Assembly: GCA_963664705.1 (NCBI GenBank)
Contig: OY761556.1
Span: 1-64,000 of the forward strand
DNA: 64,000 bases
Source: Acidobacteriota bacterium
GTDB lineage: Bacteria; Acidobacteriota; UBA6911
Reading direction: 5' to 3'
Part shown: positions 29,216 through 38,664 of the stretch, one piece after another
How positions within the stretch are numbered: position 1 is the first letter of the stretch
How the letters are laid out: the number at the start of each line of letters is the position of its first letter
The notes under the pieces: model-generated
Database searches by the model: none
Seen by the model: only the letters and a program-made list of their open reading frames with translations
Told to the model about the DNA's origin: nothing
Translations under genes and position numbers: made by a program

Positions 29216-31594
29216 CTATTTGTTGGCAACTGTCAAAGTGGTTTCGATCAGATCTGCAGAATTGCCTCCCACCATGATCTTGAAGGTTCCCGGTTCCACG
29301 ACGCGCCGCATCTCCCGGTTGAGAAAGGAGAGCTCATTCGGTCCAAGCGTAAACTCGACCTTTTGCGTTTTTCCAGGATCGATGCTCACGCGGCGGAAAC
29401 CTCGGAGCTCTTTGACCGGGCGGGTTACGGAGCTGACTTCATCGCGAATGTACAACTGGATGACTTCTTCGCCACGCATGGTGCTGGTATTGGTTACTTC
29501 TACCATTGCACTGGTCTTGCCTTCCGGTCCGATCGTGTTCGGGGACAGAGATAAATTTCCATACTTGAATGTCGAATAGCTAAGCCCCCACCCGAATGGA
29601 AACAGAGGGGCAGGCGAGGAATCGACATATTCCAGCCGTGCCGAGGGTTTTTGGTAGTAATAGATCGGGAGTTGACCGACAGAGCGGGGAATCGAAACCG
29701 GCAGTTTTCCTCCCGGGTTGTAATCTCCAAAAAGCACATCGGCAACCGCCGTTCCTGTCTCCTGTCCAAGATACCAGCCTTCCAGAATCGCCGGGACATT
29801 GGCCGCAATGTAGTTAATGGAGTTCGGGCGACCGTGAATCAGAAACACGACAACGGGTTTATGCAAGGCAACCATTGCTTTGACGAGATCGTCCTGGTTG
29901 CCCGGAAGATCAAGGTTGCTGCGATCACCTAAGTGATTTTCCCAGGCTTCCCGTGCGGTCTGTTCATTCCCTCCGAGTGCCAGGATGATGAGGTCTGATT
30001 TTGCGGCGACTGCAACCGCTTCCTGGATGCGTTTCGCATTCTTTTCGGGATCGCCCGGCACGAGCTTGTCCTCAAATGTCGGCATGGTCTCGTTATCGCC
30101 GCGCGTCTCGGTTATCTTGCAGCCAACCGCATATGTGACTTCAACATTGGATCCGACTTTGTCTTGGATCCCCTGCAGAATGCTGATGCCGCGGCCCGGC
30201 CAACCGCTATAGCCGCCCAGATGGGCATCCGCTGCATTGGGACCGATGACCGCGATCTTTTTATAGGTTGTCTTGTTCAAAGGGAGGAGGTGGCCTTCAT
30301 TCCTCAATAACACCACAGCCTTGTGGGCCGCCTGCAGCGCCAGCTGCTGATGTGCGCTGCTGTTGGTTATCTTTTCCGCGTATCCCGGATCCACGAAAGG
30401 ATCATCGAACAGACCGGCAAGAAATTTGGCGCGCAACACCCGAGCGGCTGCACGGTCGATATAGGATTCGGCAAGCTTCCCCTGTTTCACCAGATCCAGC
30501 AACTGGTTGTTTACTTCGATATAAGGAAGCTCGATATCGACTCCGGATTCCAGGGCCAGCGCTGCCGCTTCTGCCCCGGTTTCGACCACATGATGCTTGG
30601 ACCTCAATTGACGGATTCCGAAATAATCCGAAACCACAACCCCGGTAAAGCCCCACTCCTGACGCAGGATGTTGTCCAGCAGGAATTTGTTTCCATGGGA
30701 TGGGACGCCGTCAATCTCATTATAGGAAGCCATTACGCTCTGGATGTTTCCTTCTCGGACCGCGGCCTCAAACGGCTTCAGGAAATATTCCCGGATGACT
30801 CTTTCGGAGTAGTTGCCGGGCGCGGTATTGGCGCCCCCCTCGGGTTGCCCGTGAACGGCGAAGTGTTTTGCCGTCGCGATTACGTGAGATTTATCGATGA
30901 AGGGTCCGGTTCCCTGGAATCCCTTTACCGCCGCGACGCCAATTCTGGACCCGAGGTAAGGGTCTTCTCCGTAAGTTTCCTCGGTTCGGCCCCATCGCGG
31001 ATCGCGAGCCAAGTCCAGTACAGGAGTCAGGCACTGATGAGCTCCTCGTGAGCGGACTTCGCTTGCAGTAGCGGCAAAGACATTTTCGACAATTTCAGGT
31101 TCCCATGTGGACGCAAGCGCGATGGCTTGAGGGAATGACGTTCCCTTGCTGGCGGCATGGCCATGCAGGCATTCCTCGTGGAACAGGATGGGGATCCCGA
31201 GCCGTGTGTTTTCCCGTGCCCACTTCTGCATCGTATTTGTAAACTCAGCCATTTCGCGTGGCCCGCGCATGCCGCTGGGCCGGGAGATCTGGCCAATCCC
31301 GTTTTTCAGGTAGACGGCCGCGCGTTCGGGCAGGAAGGCCCCTTTCTGATCCACGAGAGAAGATTTGGAGTCATCCGCAATGACCGTTCTCTCCATGCCG
31401 CTCATGGTCTGGGCCAGCTTCTCTTCCAGCGTCATGCGCGAGAGAAGGTCCGCAAGTCGCTGCTCCAGGGGAAGCTTCGAGTTGCGATATGGAAATTGTT
31501 CCTGGGGAATAGCCTGGATTGCCAGCAGGGAAACCGTCAGCAAAAACAGAATGAGCTTCATTGAACGAGGGAAAGTTTCGGAGCCGAGCTTCAT
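29216..31594 (-). CDS. Secreted GH3 beta-glucosidase/beta-xylosidase
   Basis: MTLEEK, RDPRWGRTEETYGEDP, AKHF, VVSDY, FGWGLSY, and a C-terminal Fn3-like domain. Confidence 0.94.
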   Translation of the reverse strand: MKLGSETFPRSMKLILFLLTVSLLAIQAIPQEQFPYRNSKLPLEQRLADLLSRMTLEEKLAQTMSGMERTVIADDSKSSLVDQKGAFLPERAAVYLKNGIGQISRPSGMRGPREMAEFTNTMQKWARENTRLGIPILFHEECLHGHAASKGTSFPQAIALASTWEPEIVENVFAATASEVRSRGAHQCLTPVLDLARDPRWGRTEETYGEDPYLGSRIGVAAVKGFQGTGPFIDKSHVIATAKHFAVHGQPEGGANTAPGNYSERVIREYFLKPFEAAVREGNIQSVMASYNEIDGVPSHGNKFLLDNILRQEWGFTGVVVSDYFGIRQLRSKHHVVETGAEAAALALESGVDIELPYIEVNNQLLDLVKQGKLAESYIDRAAARVLRAKFLAGLFDDPFVDPGYAEKITNSSAHQQLALQAAHKAVVLLRNEGHLLPLNKTTYKKIAVIGPNAADAHLGGYSGWPGRGISILQGIQDKVGSNVEVTYAVGCKITETRGDNETMPTFEDKLVPGDPEKNAKRIQEAVAVAAKSDLIILALGGNEQTAREAWENHLGDRSNLDLPGNQDDLVKAMVALHKPVVVFLIHGRPNSINYIAANVPAILEGWYLGQETGTAVADVLFGDYNPGGKLPVSIPRSVGQLPIYYYQKPSARLEYVDSSPAPLFPFGWGLSYSTFKYGNLSLSPNTIGPEGKTSAMVEVTNTSTMRGEEVIQLYIRDEVSSVTRPVKELRGFRRVSIDPGKTQKVEFTLGPNELSFLNREMRRVVEPGTFKIMVGGNSADLIETTLTVANK

Positions 31595-31655
31595 ACATAT
31601 CCTCCGCGCGCCAGCACTGCTTGATATCCGGTAAATGCGTGGTACTATAGCACTC

Positions 31656-31669
31656 CGTTAACGTACACG
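31656..31669. promoter_or_regulatory. Candidate LacI-type operator in the divergent GH3/xylB region
   Basis: Imperfect CG-centred palindrome cgttaacgtacacg near a LacI gene; inference only. Confidence 0.3.
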
Positions 31670-31778
31670 ATATGCAAAACTCAGTAGACATCCCGGCGAA
31701 GCCGGGAGGCACCAGGGGCGCCGGCGCCTCGCCGAGTGCTGCATATTATTTGCAACAAGGCGCCCGCATGGGAGCTGT

Positions 31779-31806
31779 GGAGTACGGCGGCAAGCCACCG
31801 CACTCC
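31779..31806. repeat. REP-like palindrome
   Basis: ggagtacggcggcaagccaccgcactcc, related to 24161-24190. Confidence 0.7.
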
Positions 31807-31853
31807 GAAGGGCCAGCCGGGTTTTTAGTTAGCGCAACCAAGGATGAGCGACT

Positions 31854-33368
31854 ATGGCAAATTTGTACTTCATGGGGATTGATGTTGGTACTGGCGGTAC
31901 GCGTGCTGTGATCATTGACGAGAATGGACGCATTGTATCCTCCGCAACGGAAGAGCATGTGCCATTTGCATCTCCTGAGATTGGGTGGGCGGAACAGGAT
32001 CCGGAAGACTGGTGGCGCGCCTGCGGTGTCGCGGTACGGAAAGCCCTTAGAGCTGCACTGTTGGATGCATCGCAAATCGCCTGTGCAGGATTCTCGGGGC
32101 AGATGCATGGAGCCGTTATGCTCGATGAGCGCGATGCCGTTGTACGCCCGGCTCTCATCTGGTGCGATGTGCGGACCGAACAGCAATGCCGGAAACTGAC
32201 GATGGAAATCGGGGCGGAACGATTGATCCAGCTCACCTGCAATCCGGCTCTGCCCAATTTTACCTTAACCAAGTTTTTGTGGGTCCGTGAAAACGAACCC
32301 GGGAACTGGCAGCGCGTCCGTTCTGTTATGCTTCCGAAAGACTATGTCCGCTTCAGGCTGACTGGTGAGCGGGCCATTGACGTGGCGGATGCTTCCGGCA
32401 CGCTGCTTCTGGACGTGGCAAAACGATGCTGGTCTGAGGAGATCATCCGCAAAGCTGAAATTGACGCTTCGATGCTCCCGCAGTTATACGAATCGCAGGA
32501 AATATGCGGGAGAGTGACCGCCAATGGAGCCGAAGCCACCGGGCTGAAGCCGGGCACTCCCGTTGTCGCGGGAGCCGGAGATCAGGCCGCCGGCGCAACC
32601 GGAATGGGAATCGTTGCCCCGGGCAATGTGAGCGCTACGATCGGGACGTCGGGTGTAGTCTTTGCCGCGACTGACCGACCGGCCCTGGATTCAAAGGGAA
32701 GGCTGCACACCTTCTGCCACGCCGTGCCGGGACGATGGCACGTCATGGGCGTGACTCAGGCCGCCGGGCTGTCATTACGTTGGTTCAGAGATCAGTTCGG
32801 TTCCGGTTTGGACGATGGCCGGGATCCCTATGAGAGGCTTGCCGAGGAGGCATCCCGAGTGCCCGCGGGATCGGACGGATTGCTCTGGGCTCCGTACCTG
32901 ATGGGAGAACGCACTCCGCATCTGGACCCGAATGCCCGAGGCGCCCTGGTCGGCTTGACCGCCTCCCATACACGAGGACATGTGATCCGGTCGATTCTTG
33001 AAGGCGTGGCTTTTAGTCTGAAGGATACTTTTACCCTGTTTGCCGGGATGGGCGTTCCTGTCAACAGGATACGGCTCGGCGGGGGAGGGGCGCGATCCCC
33101 TTTGTGGCGGCAGATTCAGGCAGACGTCTATGGAAAAGCCGTAGAGATTGTCGAGGCGGAGGAAGGTGCCGCCTATGGAGCCGCAATTCTTGCGGGCGTT
33201 GGGGCGGGATGCTGGCCTTCAGTGGACCAGGCATGCGAGCGGCTTATCCGTGTGGCCAGTGTCGTTGAGCCCCGGTCCGACAACATGGATCGAATGGCCC
33301 GGCAGTATGAGGCCTATCAAAAGATGTATGGCGCTATTCGTTCAGTGATGCCGTCGTCCGCATACTAA
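31854..33368 (+). CDS. xylB: Xylulokinase (FGGY family)
   Basis: GIDVGT, EQDPEDWW, FSGQMHG, GAGDQAAG, PYLMGERTPH. Confidence 0.93.
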   Translation: MANLYFMGIDVGTGGTRAVIIDENGRIVSSATEEHVPFASPEIGWAEQDPEDWWRACGVAVRKALRAALLDASQIACAGFSGQMHGAVMLDERDAVVRPALIWCDVRTEQQCRKLTMEIGAERLIQLTCNPALPNFTLTKFLWVRENEPGNWQRVRSVMLPKDYVRFRLTGERAIDVADASGTLLLDVAKRCWSEEIIRKAEIDASMLPQLYESQEICGRVTANGAEATGLKPGTPVVAGAGDQAAGATGMGIVAPGNVSATIGTSGVVFAATDRPALDSKGRLHTFCHAVPGRWHVMGVTQAAGLSLRWFRDQFGSGLDDGRDPYERLAEEASRVPAGSDGLLWAPYLMGERTPHLDPNARGALVGLTASHTRGHVIRSILEGVAFSLKDTFTLFAGMGVPVNRIRLGGGGARSPLWRQIQADVYGKAVEIVEAEEGAAYGAAILAGVGAGCWPSVDQACERLIRVASVVEPRSDNMDRMARQYEAYQKMYGAIRSVMPSSAY

Positions 33369-33401
33369 TTGTGGGTTGTGGCAGCGAAATAATTCAGCCA
33401 C

Positions 33402-33522
33402 CGGGAGCGCCGCTGTCTCGCCTAATGACGCTTACTTTTTTTCGGGCGGTTTTCTTTCGCCCCCTTCAGGGCTCCTATTTTTTTAATATTCTACCAGGGG
33501 TTCGCTCCGCTCACCCCTGGCT
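33402..33522. repeat. REP-like repeat, left part of the IS target site
   Basis: Closely similar to parts of 24110-24300; ends ...cacccctgg-CT. Confidence 0.8.
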
Positions 33523-33608
33523 GATATGGAGTGATCGGTCAAGTACAATCAATCCGTTCCTTGTTCGTTCATTTTGGTTTTCTTCGGTTCATAAATAAAT
33601 CAGCCAGT

Positions 33609-33796
33609 AAAAAGAACAGGGGATCGAGTTGGCAACAGCGACGATAATCAATCTGATATTCGCGGGTCGATAAGCACGCATGACAACTGATTCATCGGGA
33701 GCGGCCTCACTCTACTTCCGTGGATTCTGGTTTCCCATACCAACATAGCCAGGTCGAGGTTTCTCCTTTCGAAGCCTGGAACTCGATCTCCTGTTC
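33609..33796 (-). ncRNA. Putative bridge RNA / seekRNA of the IS110 element
   Basis: 17-bp basal stem (33614-33630 with 33780-33796) enclosing two stem-closed loops that match the target (CCTGGCTA) and the donor junction (ATATCAGA). Confidence 0.8.
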
Positions 33797-33868
33797 CGTT
33801 CACTAACCGAATGTTTCCGTTATTAATCCATTGAAGAACAAAATAGCTGCAAGAGCTGGTGCCTTATG

Positions 33869-34963
33869 TCATGCAACGCGACCGATAGCCCAGATAAATC
33901 CTGCCAATTCTCGACTTACCGCAACCGCGATCTTTTGTCTTTCTTTCCCTCGGTTGAGCATGCGTCGGAATTTTTGATTCAATCGCTTATCGCAACGTTG
34001 TGCAATCTCGATAACTTCTGCCGGCAAACACTCTCGTCGTTTCTTGAGAGTTTTGCCAGCTACTGAAGAATGACGGTAGTGCCAGGCGCTTTCGATCAGC
34101 ACCCTACGTAGGTGGCTGTTTCCCGTTTTGGTTATCCTTCCCCGTCTTTCAAGTTCACCTGAGCTGCTTTCCGAAGGCACCACCCCAATAGCGGCCATAA
34201 ACGAAGGCGCATCGACGAACCGTCTTAAATCGAGCGCTTCTGCGATAATCGTCATCGCCGTCAGAACCTGAACACCTTTTAGCGCCATCAAATAGCTGAC
34301 TCGCTTTTGATAGTTCGGCTGTTTTGCAACTTCCTCGATTTTTCCCTGGAATGTTTTCAACCGCTCCGTCTGTTGCTCAAGCGCCTGTCGATATTCCTCC
34401 AGTACTGTTTGATCCCCATCATCCTCAAACACAAGGCTCTTAATCCACTTTAGGTGCCCAAGCGACCAGTTCTTGCCCTGCGGATATTTCAATCCACGTC
34501 GCATCAGAAACCGTGCTAATCGATGCCGTGCTCGCTGCTGGTCTTCCAATGCGTCTTCTCGCGCACGCACCAGATCTCGCAGACTTTCCTGTTCTTTTTG
34601 CGGGATCACAATACATGTTAGTTCTCCCGCTCGGTACAATTTGCCCAAGGCTTTCGCATCCAGCTTATCCGTTTTTACTTTTTTCCCCGCTCGTCTCGGA
34701 GTCAACGAAGGGGCCGCAACATCACAAGAAATCCCATGTTTGGCCAAATAGCGCTGCAAATAGTATCCATTAACGCCCGCTTCGTAGACGCACCGTACAT
34801 CATCTTCAAATGCCCTTAGCTTTTTCGCTAACCGACCCAGCCCCGTACTGTCGTTTGATACAACAAGTTCTTCTCGAGGGTTACTTTCCTGCCCGCGAAA
34901 AATTGCGACGTTTATCTTTTTTGCTGAATCATCCATCCCTACCCAAGTGATACAATCTGCCAT
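33869..34963 (-). CDS. IS110-family DEDD recombinase/transposase
   Basis: VGMDDS, VYEAG, KTDKLDA; C-terminal GVVPSESSSG...GRITKTGN; GAGGAG RBS. Confidence 0.96.
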   Translation of the reverse strand: MADCITWVGMDDSAKKINVAIFRGQESNPREELVVSNDSTGLGRLAKKLRAFEDDVRCVYEAGVNGYYLQRYLAKHGISCDVAAPSLTPRRAGKKVKTDKLDAKALGKLYRAGELTCIVIPQKEQESLRDLVRAREDALEDQQRARHRLARFLMRRGLKYPQGKNWSLGHLKWIKSLVFEDDGDQTVLEEYRQALEQQTERLKTFQGKIEEVAKQPNYQKRVSYLMALKGVQVLTAMTIIAEALDLRRFVDAPSFMAAIGVVPSESSSGELERRGRITKTGNSHLRRVLIESAWHYRHSSVAGKTLKKRRECLPAEVIEIAQRCDKRLNQKFRRMLNRGKERQKIAVAVSRELAGFIWAIGRVA

Positions 34964-35064
34964 GATCGGTCTCCTCATGTTTTATGGCTCTGCAGCTTCG
35001 TCACCACGACTTCAGCTGTAACCCACGATATTACATGCTAGAGACCGATCACTCCATTATGTCT

Positions 35065-35215
35065 ACTCTCTTCCGCGCCTCCGGCGCTGGATCTTTGTTC
35101 CATCTATACTAAGCGCCGGGGTTTAAGCGGAAGAGAGTAAATGGAACAAAAATCCAGCCCCGGGAGGGGCGGTCAGAAAATAGCCGGGGGTGAAGCGCAG
35201 CGAACCCCCGGATTG
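35065..35215. repeat. Right part of the interrupted REP cluster plus an inverted REP copy
   Basis: tactctcttccgc...gcggaagagagta inverted repeat; tagccgggggtgaagcgcagcgaacccccgg at 35181-35211. Confidence 0.75.
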
Positions 35216-35242
35216 GACCGCAAGAGCGTTGGCCTTCGTTGC

Positions 35243-35935
35243 TTAACCTATTTCGGCGAATTTATACCCAAGTCCATGCACCGTGATAATCCACTTCGGC
35301 TGCTTGGGATCCTCTTCCAGTTTTTGCCTGAGCCATGCGATGTGAACATCGACGGTGCGAGTGTACGGTACTGAACTATACCCCCATACTTCCTGAAGCA
35401 ATATCTCCCGGCTGATCGTCTCTCCTTCATGGTCGATCAGATAGCGCAGGAGTTGGAACTCCTTGGCGGAAAATTCGACAGGCTTCCCATCCCGCAGGAT
35501 TTCCGTTTTCTTGAAATCGATTGTCACGGGGCCAAACTGGTGGATACGCGGCGCGGAGGCAAAGGTACGCGTGGCTCTCCTCAAAAGTGCCTCAATTCGG
35601 GCCAGGAGTTCAGGCATCTCGAAAGGCTTGGTCAGATAATCGTCTGCGCCGATTTTGAGTCCCTGGACCTTATCCATTGTCTGGGACCGAGCTGTAAGCA
35701 TCAGAATCGGGGTTGCCATTCCCGAGTTGCGAAGGTCCTGGCATATTTCGTATCCGTTTTTATTCGGCAACATGAGATCGAGGAGAATCAAATCGTAGGC
35801 TTGGTTAAGAGCCTGTTCGTATCCGGACTGTCCATCCGAGGATACCTCGACGATGTAGCCTTCCTTGCGCAGTCTGTCTCCAAGCGTCAAACACAAGCCG
35901 GGCTCGTCTTCAATGAGAAGGATTCTGAACTGCAT
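35243..35935 (-). CDS. OmpR/PhoB-family response regulator
   Basis: ILLIEDE, LLDLMLP, GADDYLTKPF, RTVDVHI, GLGYKF. Confidence 0.95.
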   Translation of the reverse strand: MQFRILLIEDEPGLCLTLGDRLRKEGYIVEVSSDGQSGYEQALNQAYDLILLDLMLPNKNGYEICQDLRNSGMATPILMLTARSQTMDKVQGLKIGADDYLTKPFEMPELLARIEALLRRATRTFASAPRIHQFGPVTIDFKKTEILRDGKPVEFSAKEFQLLRYLIDHEGETISREILLQEVWGYSSVPYTRTVDVHIAWLRQKLEEDPKQPKWIITVHGLGYKFAEIG

Positions 35936-37856
35936 GATTTTGATTTCCTTTGTCGGCAGTCGACCTGCCTGGTAGGTGGATTATAAAAACGCTTCCTTTT
36001 CCTCGTGTGCTCTTGACCGATAGGGTGCCTCCCATGGAAACCACGGCTTCACGCACCATGAACAACCCTAGTCCGGTCCCGTGTATCTGGGCGGCGGAAG
36101 CGGCGCTGCCGCGGTAGAATGGTTCGAAAATATGGTCCAGATCTTCGTGATCGATTCCCATTCCTTTATCCTCGACGGAAAGACGAACCTCGGTGCCATG
36201 TTTTGCCCGTGCTTTTTCCGTTCGAATCATCATCCAGCGACTTTCGCCCGAGTACTTCAAAGCGTTTTGTATGAGGTTTTGAATCACATGTGACAGAGCG
36301 GTTGGGTCCACCTGGACGGCAGGCAATTCCAGGTCAAACCTGGTGTCGACAGTGAATCCCGCGGCCTCAATGGCCGGTTTTGCCTGATTAAGAGTTTTTC
36401 TTACGATGCTATTCAGATCTGTATCGCTGAGATTATATTGCCGACGCCCGGAGCGCACGCTGGCGAACTGCAGAATCTGCTCGATCATTGCCGTAAGCTT
36501 CCTGGCTTCGCCGCGAATGAGCTCTCCGTATTTTCGAGCGGAACCGCCCGAATCGTTGACGATTCCATCCGCAAGGTTGTCTCCGGCGGCGCAGATCACC
36601 GTCAGGGGGGTTCGGAGTTCATGGGATACTCCGGCGACGAAATCAATCTGCAGTTTTGCCAACCGTTGTGCGCGCCTTGCGAATACGAGTACCAAAGCCA
36701 TACTGACGGCCAGCAGCAGGAGAATTCCAAAGCTGATGGCAAGGTTGCGGTATCTGGATCTGGCAACAGCTGCGACCAGAGATCCTTCGCGGTGAATCGC
36801 CAGTACTTCCGCGATAGAACCGTCCTGTTCCAAAACCTGGAGAATTCCTGGCCGTTCCGCTTGCGGCGTTGGTTCCGGCCGGAAGCCGAATCCTGGCGGC
36901 GGAGGTTCCTCTCGCCCCGGTCTTTGCCTCTCCGGTCTGCCGGGATCCCTAGGATCAGGGCCCCCGGGCCCCATAGGATTGCCCGGCCTATTGGGATCAT
37001 TGGGCCCAATGGGTCCGGTACGTTCCCGGCCGGCTTCCAGTAGTCTGATACGCGCATCCGGTTTTGAAAAAGATTCCAGCGTCAGTCCAGGATCTGAAGT
37101 ATACAGAAACTCAGACGGAGTCTTCCCGTTTACCACCGCGATGTGGTAAACAAACCCATGAGAGCCTCCAAAGCACCTTCTGGCAAGTTCCGGGAAGATC
37201 TCCTGGCTTAAGACCTTTGGATTCAGCTGCAGCATGACAAACCCGATGAATCGGCGGTCCGGCCTTGTGCCGGATGGCTGAAACTTCACAAGCGGATGGA
37301 GCATCAGCATACTGTCGAGGTTTACAAATCGGTCAAATGGGCGCAGCCCGCGAATCGGAGGAAATGGTTCCAGAAAAAACCGCATCTGTCGGGTGCGGAC
37401 CGATTCAAACTCGGAAGGCCAGCTTTCAACCTCGAACCTTTTGGTCGCGCGGTTCAGATGATAAAGCTCCGATGCTCCGTTTTCTTTTGCAATCCACAGC
37501 CAGACACCGTGAAGCAAGTGAATGTCGGAGTTGCTCAGAATGTTATCGCAACTCACGGCGTAGCTTTGCCAGTCTTCCTGATTCAGGATTGCCATATCCG
37601 GCTGGAAGAGAAAATCAAGCCTCTGGAATTCACCCTGAAACTGCGCCCGGAACTGATTGAGTGCTGTCAGCAGGCTTGCATGCATGCGCTCCTGCTCCGC
37701 TTCTCCGAGTTGGCCACTCCAGCGGTACTGCAGGATTGCAAGCGAGATCAGGATTGTACAGAGCAGGCCTACCAGGATGATGGAGGAGGCTGTGCTCTTG
37801 AAGAAGCCGCTTCTCGAGCTTCTTGGTATTAAACGATTCCATTGGGAGGTTTGCAC
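35910..37856 (-). CDS. Sensor histidine kinase (2 TM, Pro/Gly-rich periplasmic loop)
   Basis: VSHELRTPL, NLIQNALKY, DKGMGI, GTGLGL; overlaps the regulator start. Confidence 0.93.
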   Translation of the reverse strand: MQTSQWNRLIPRSSRSGFFKSTASSIILVGLLCTILISLAILQYRWSGQLGEAEQERMHASLLTALNQFRAQFQGEFQRLDFLFQPDMAILNQEDWQSYAVSCDNILSNSDIHLLHGVWLWIAKENGASELYHLNRATKRFEVESWPSEFESVRTRQMRFFLEPFPPIRGLRPFDRFVNLDSMLMLHPLVKFQPSGTRPDRRFIGFVMLQLNPKVLSQEIFPELARRCFGGSHGFVYHIAVVNGKTPSEFLYTSDPGLTLESFSKPDARIRLLEAGRERTGPIGPNDPNRPGNPMGPGGPDPRDPGRPERQRPGREEPPPPGFGFRPEPTPQAERPGILQVLEQDGSIAEVLAIHREGSLVAAVARSRYRNLAISFGILLLLAVSMALVLVFARRAQRLAKLQIDFVAGVSHELRTPLTVICAAGDNLADGIVNDSGGSARKYGELIRGEARKLTAMIEQILQFASVRSGRRQYNLSDTDLNSIVRKTLNQAKPAIEAAGFTVDTRFDLELPAVQVDPTALSHVIQNLIQNALKYSGESRWMMIRTEKARAKHGTEVRLSVEDKGMGIDHEDLDHIFEPFYRGSAASAAQIHGTGLGLFMVREAVVSMGGTLSVKSTRGKGSVFIIHLPGRSTADKGNQNHAVQNPSH

Positions 37857-38086
37857 GAGCTAATCCTAACCTCGAAGACTTAAAGACTCCAAGTTCAATT
37901 CACAGGTCCTGGCTATTAGATACGGATAAACTGTCTGTGGGTGTCCGGTTTACAAAAACTTTACATTGCTGTCTTTGCGGAAAATTTGGTTGGCAGGTTA
38001 AAACTGAGTTAATTGATGCACCCGCGTGATCCCCGCGCCCTTGAGTGCCGTCTATAGGGATAACAATGCACTCGGGAGTATTAGAC

Positions 38087-38617
38087 ATGAGAGATCATAT
38101 TTATGCAAATCTGCAGTCCGGGAATCACCCGAACTTTTTTCCAGATAATGTCAGAGTGGCCTTGCTCAGCGCGCAGACGGTTGAACGCACGGCTCCCTGG
38201 TTTCTTACCGCATCCCCGGGAGTCGCCAGTTTTTATGTTGTCCTGGGAGGCGGATGCCGGATCTGTGTCGACGGGGATGACGAAGGTGTTTCCCTGCGGA
38301 AGGGAGATCTCGCCGTGTTGTTGCATGGTAAAAGGCACTGGGTGCGAAATGACCGAATCCAGTCGGACCGGAGCATTCTGTATCGCGGACGCTTCGTTTG
38401 GAATGCGCCGGATTCGACGGCTCTGATATCCGGTTTCCCCCCTGTGATCCAGTTCAAGGGTGAGAATGGCATCCTGGTGCCCTGGATGTCGCTGTTCAGC
38501 TGGGTGATGGCCGAGGAACCCCTGCCAGGGGAACCCTATGCGCTGGCGACAATCAATCAGATGGCTTACGCCATCTTCGTGCAGAGCGTGTTGCACACGA
38601 TAGAGCTCAATACATAG
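38087..38617 (+). CDS. Cupin domain of AraC/RclR-type regulators lacking the HTH (stand-alone or truncated)
   Basis: APW...FYVVLGGGC...LRKGDLAVLLHGKRHWV...GRF...LISGFPPVI; stops after the dimerisation helix. Confidence 0.65.
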   Translation: MRDHIYANLQSGNHPNFFPDNVRVALLSAQTVERTAPWFLTASPGVASFYVVLGGGCRICVDGDDEGVSLRKGDLAVLLHGKRHWVRNDRIQSDRSILYRGRFVWNAPDSTALISGFPPVIQFKGENGILVPWMSLFSWVMAEEPLPGEPYALATINQMAYAIFVQSVLHTIELNT

Positions 38618-38664
38618 AATTCGAGAAACTGGTAGCGGCCTTCTTGCCGCCAATCTCCCGAATT

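Larger units (their letters stand above)
33523..35064 (-). mobile_element. Complete IS110-family (IS1111-type) insertion sequence, about 1542 bp
   Basis: Perfect 15-bp subterminal inverted repeats at 33526-33540 and 35043-35057. CT core at both junctions (33521-33522, 35063-35064). No target-site duplication beyond the core. Non-coding region lies 3' of the transposase. Confidence 0.93.
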
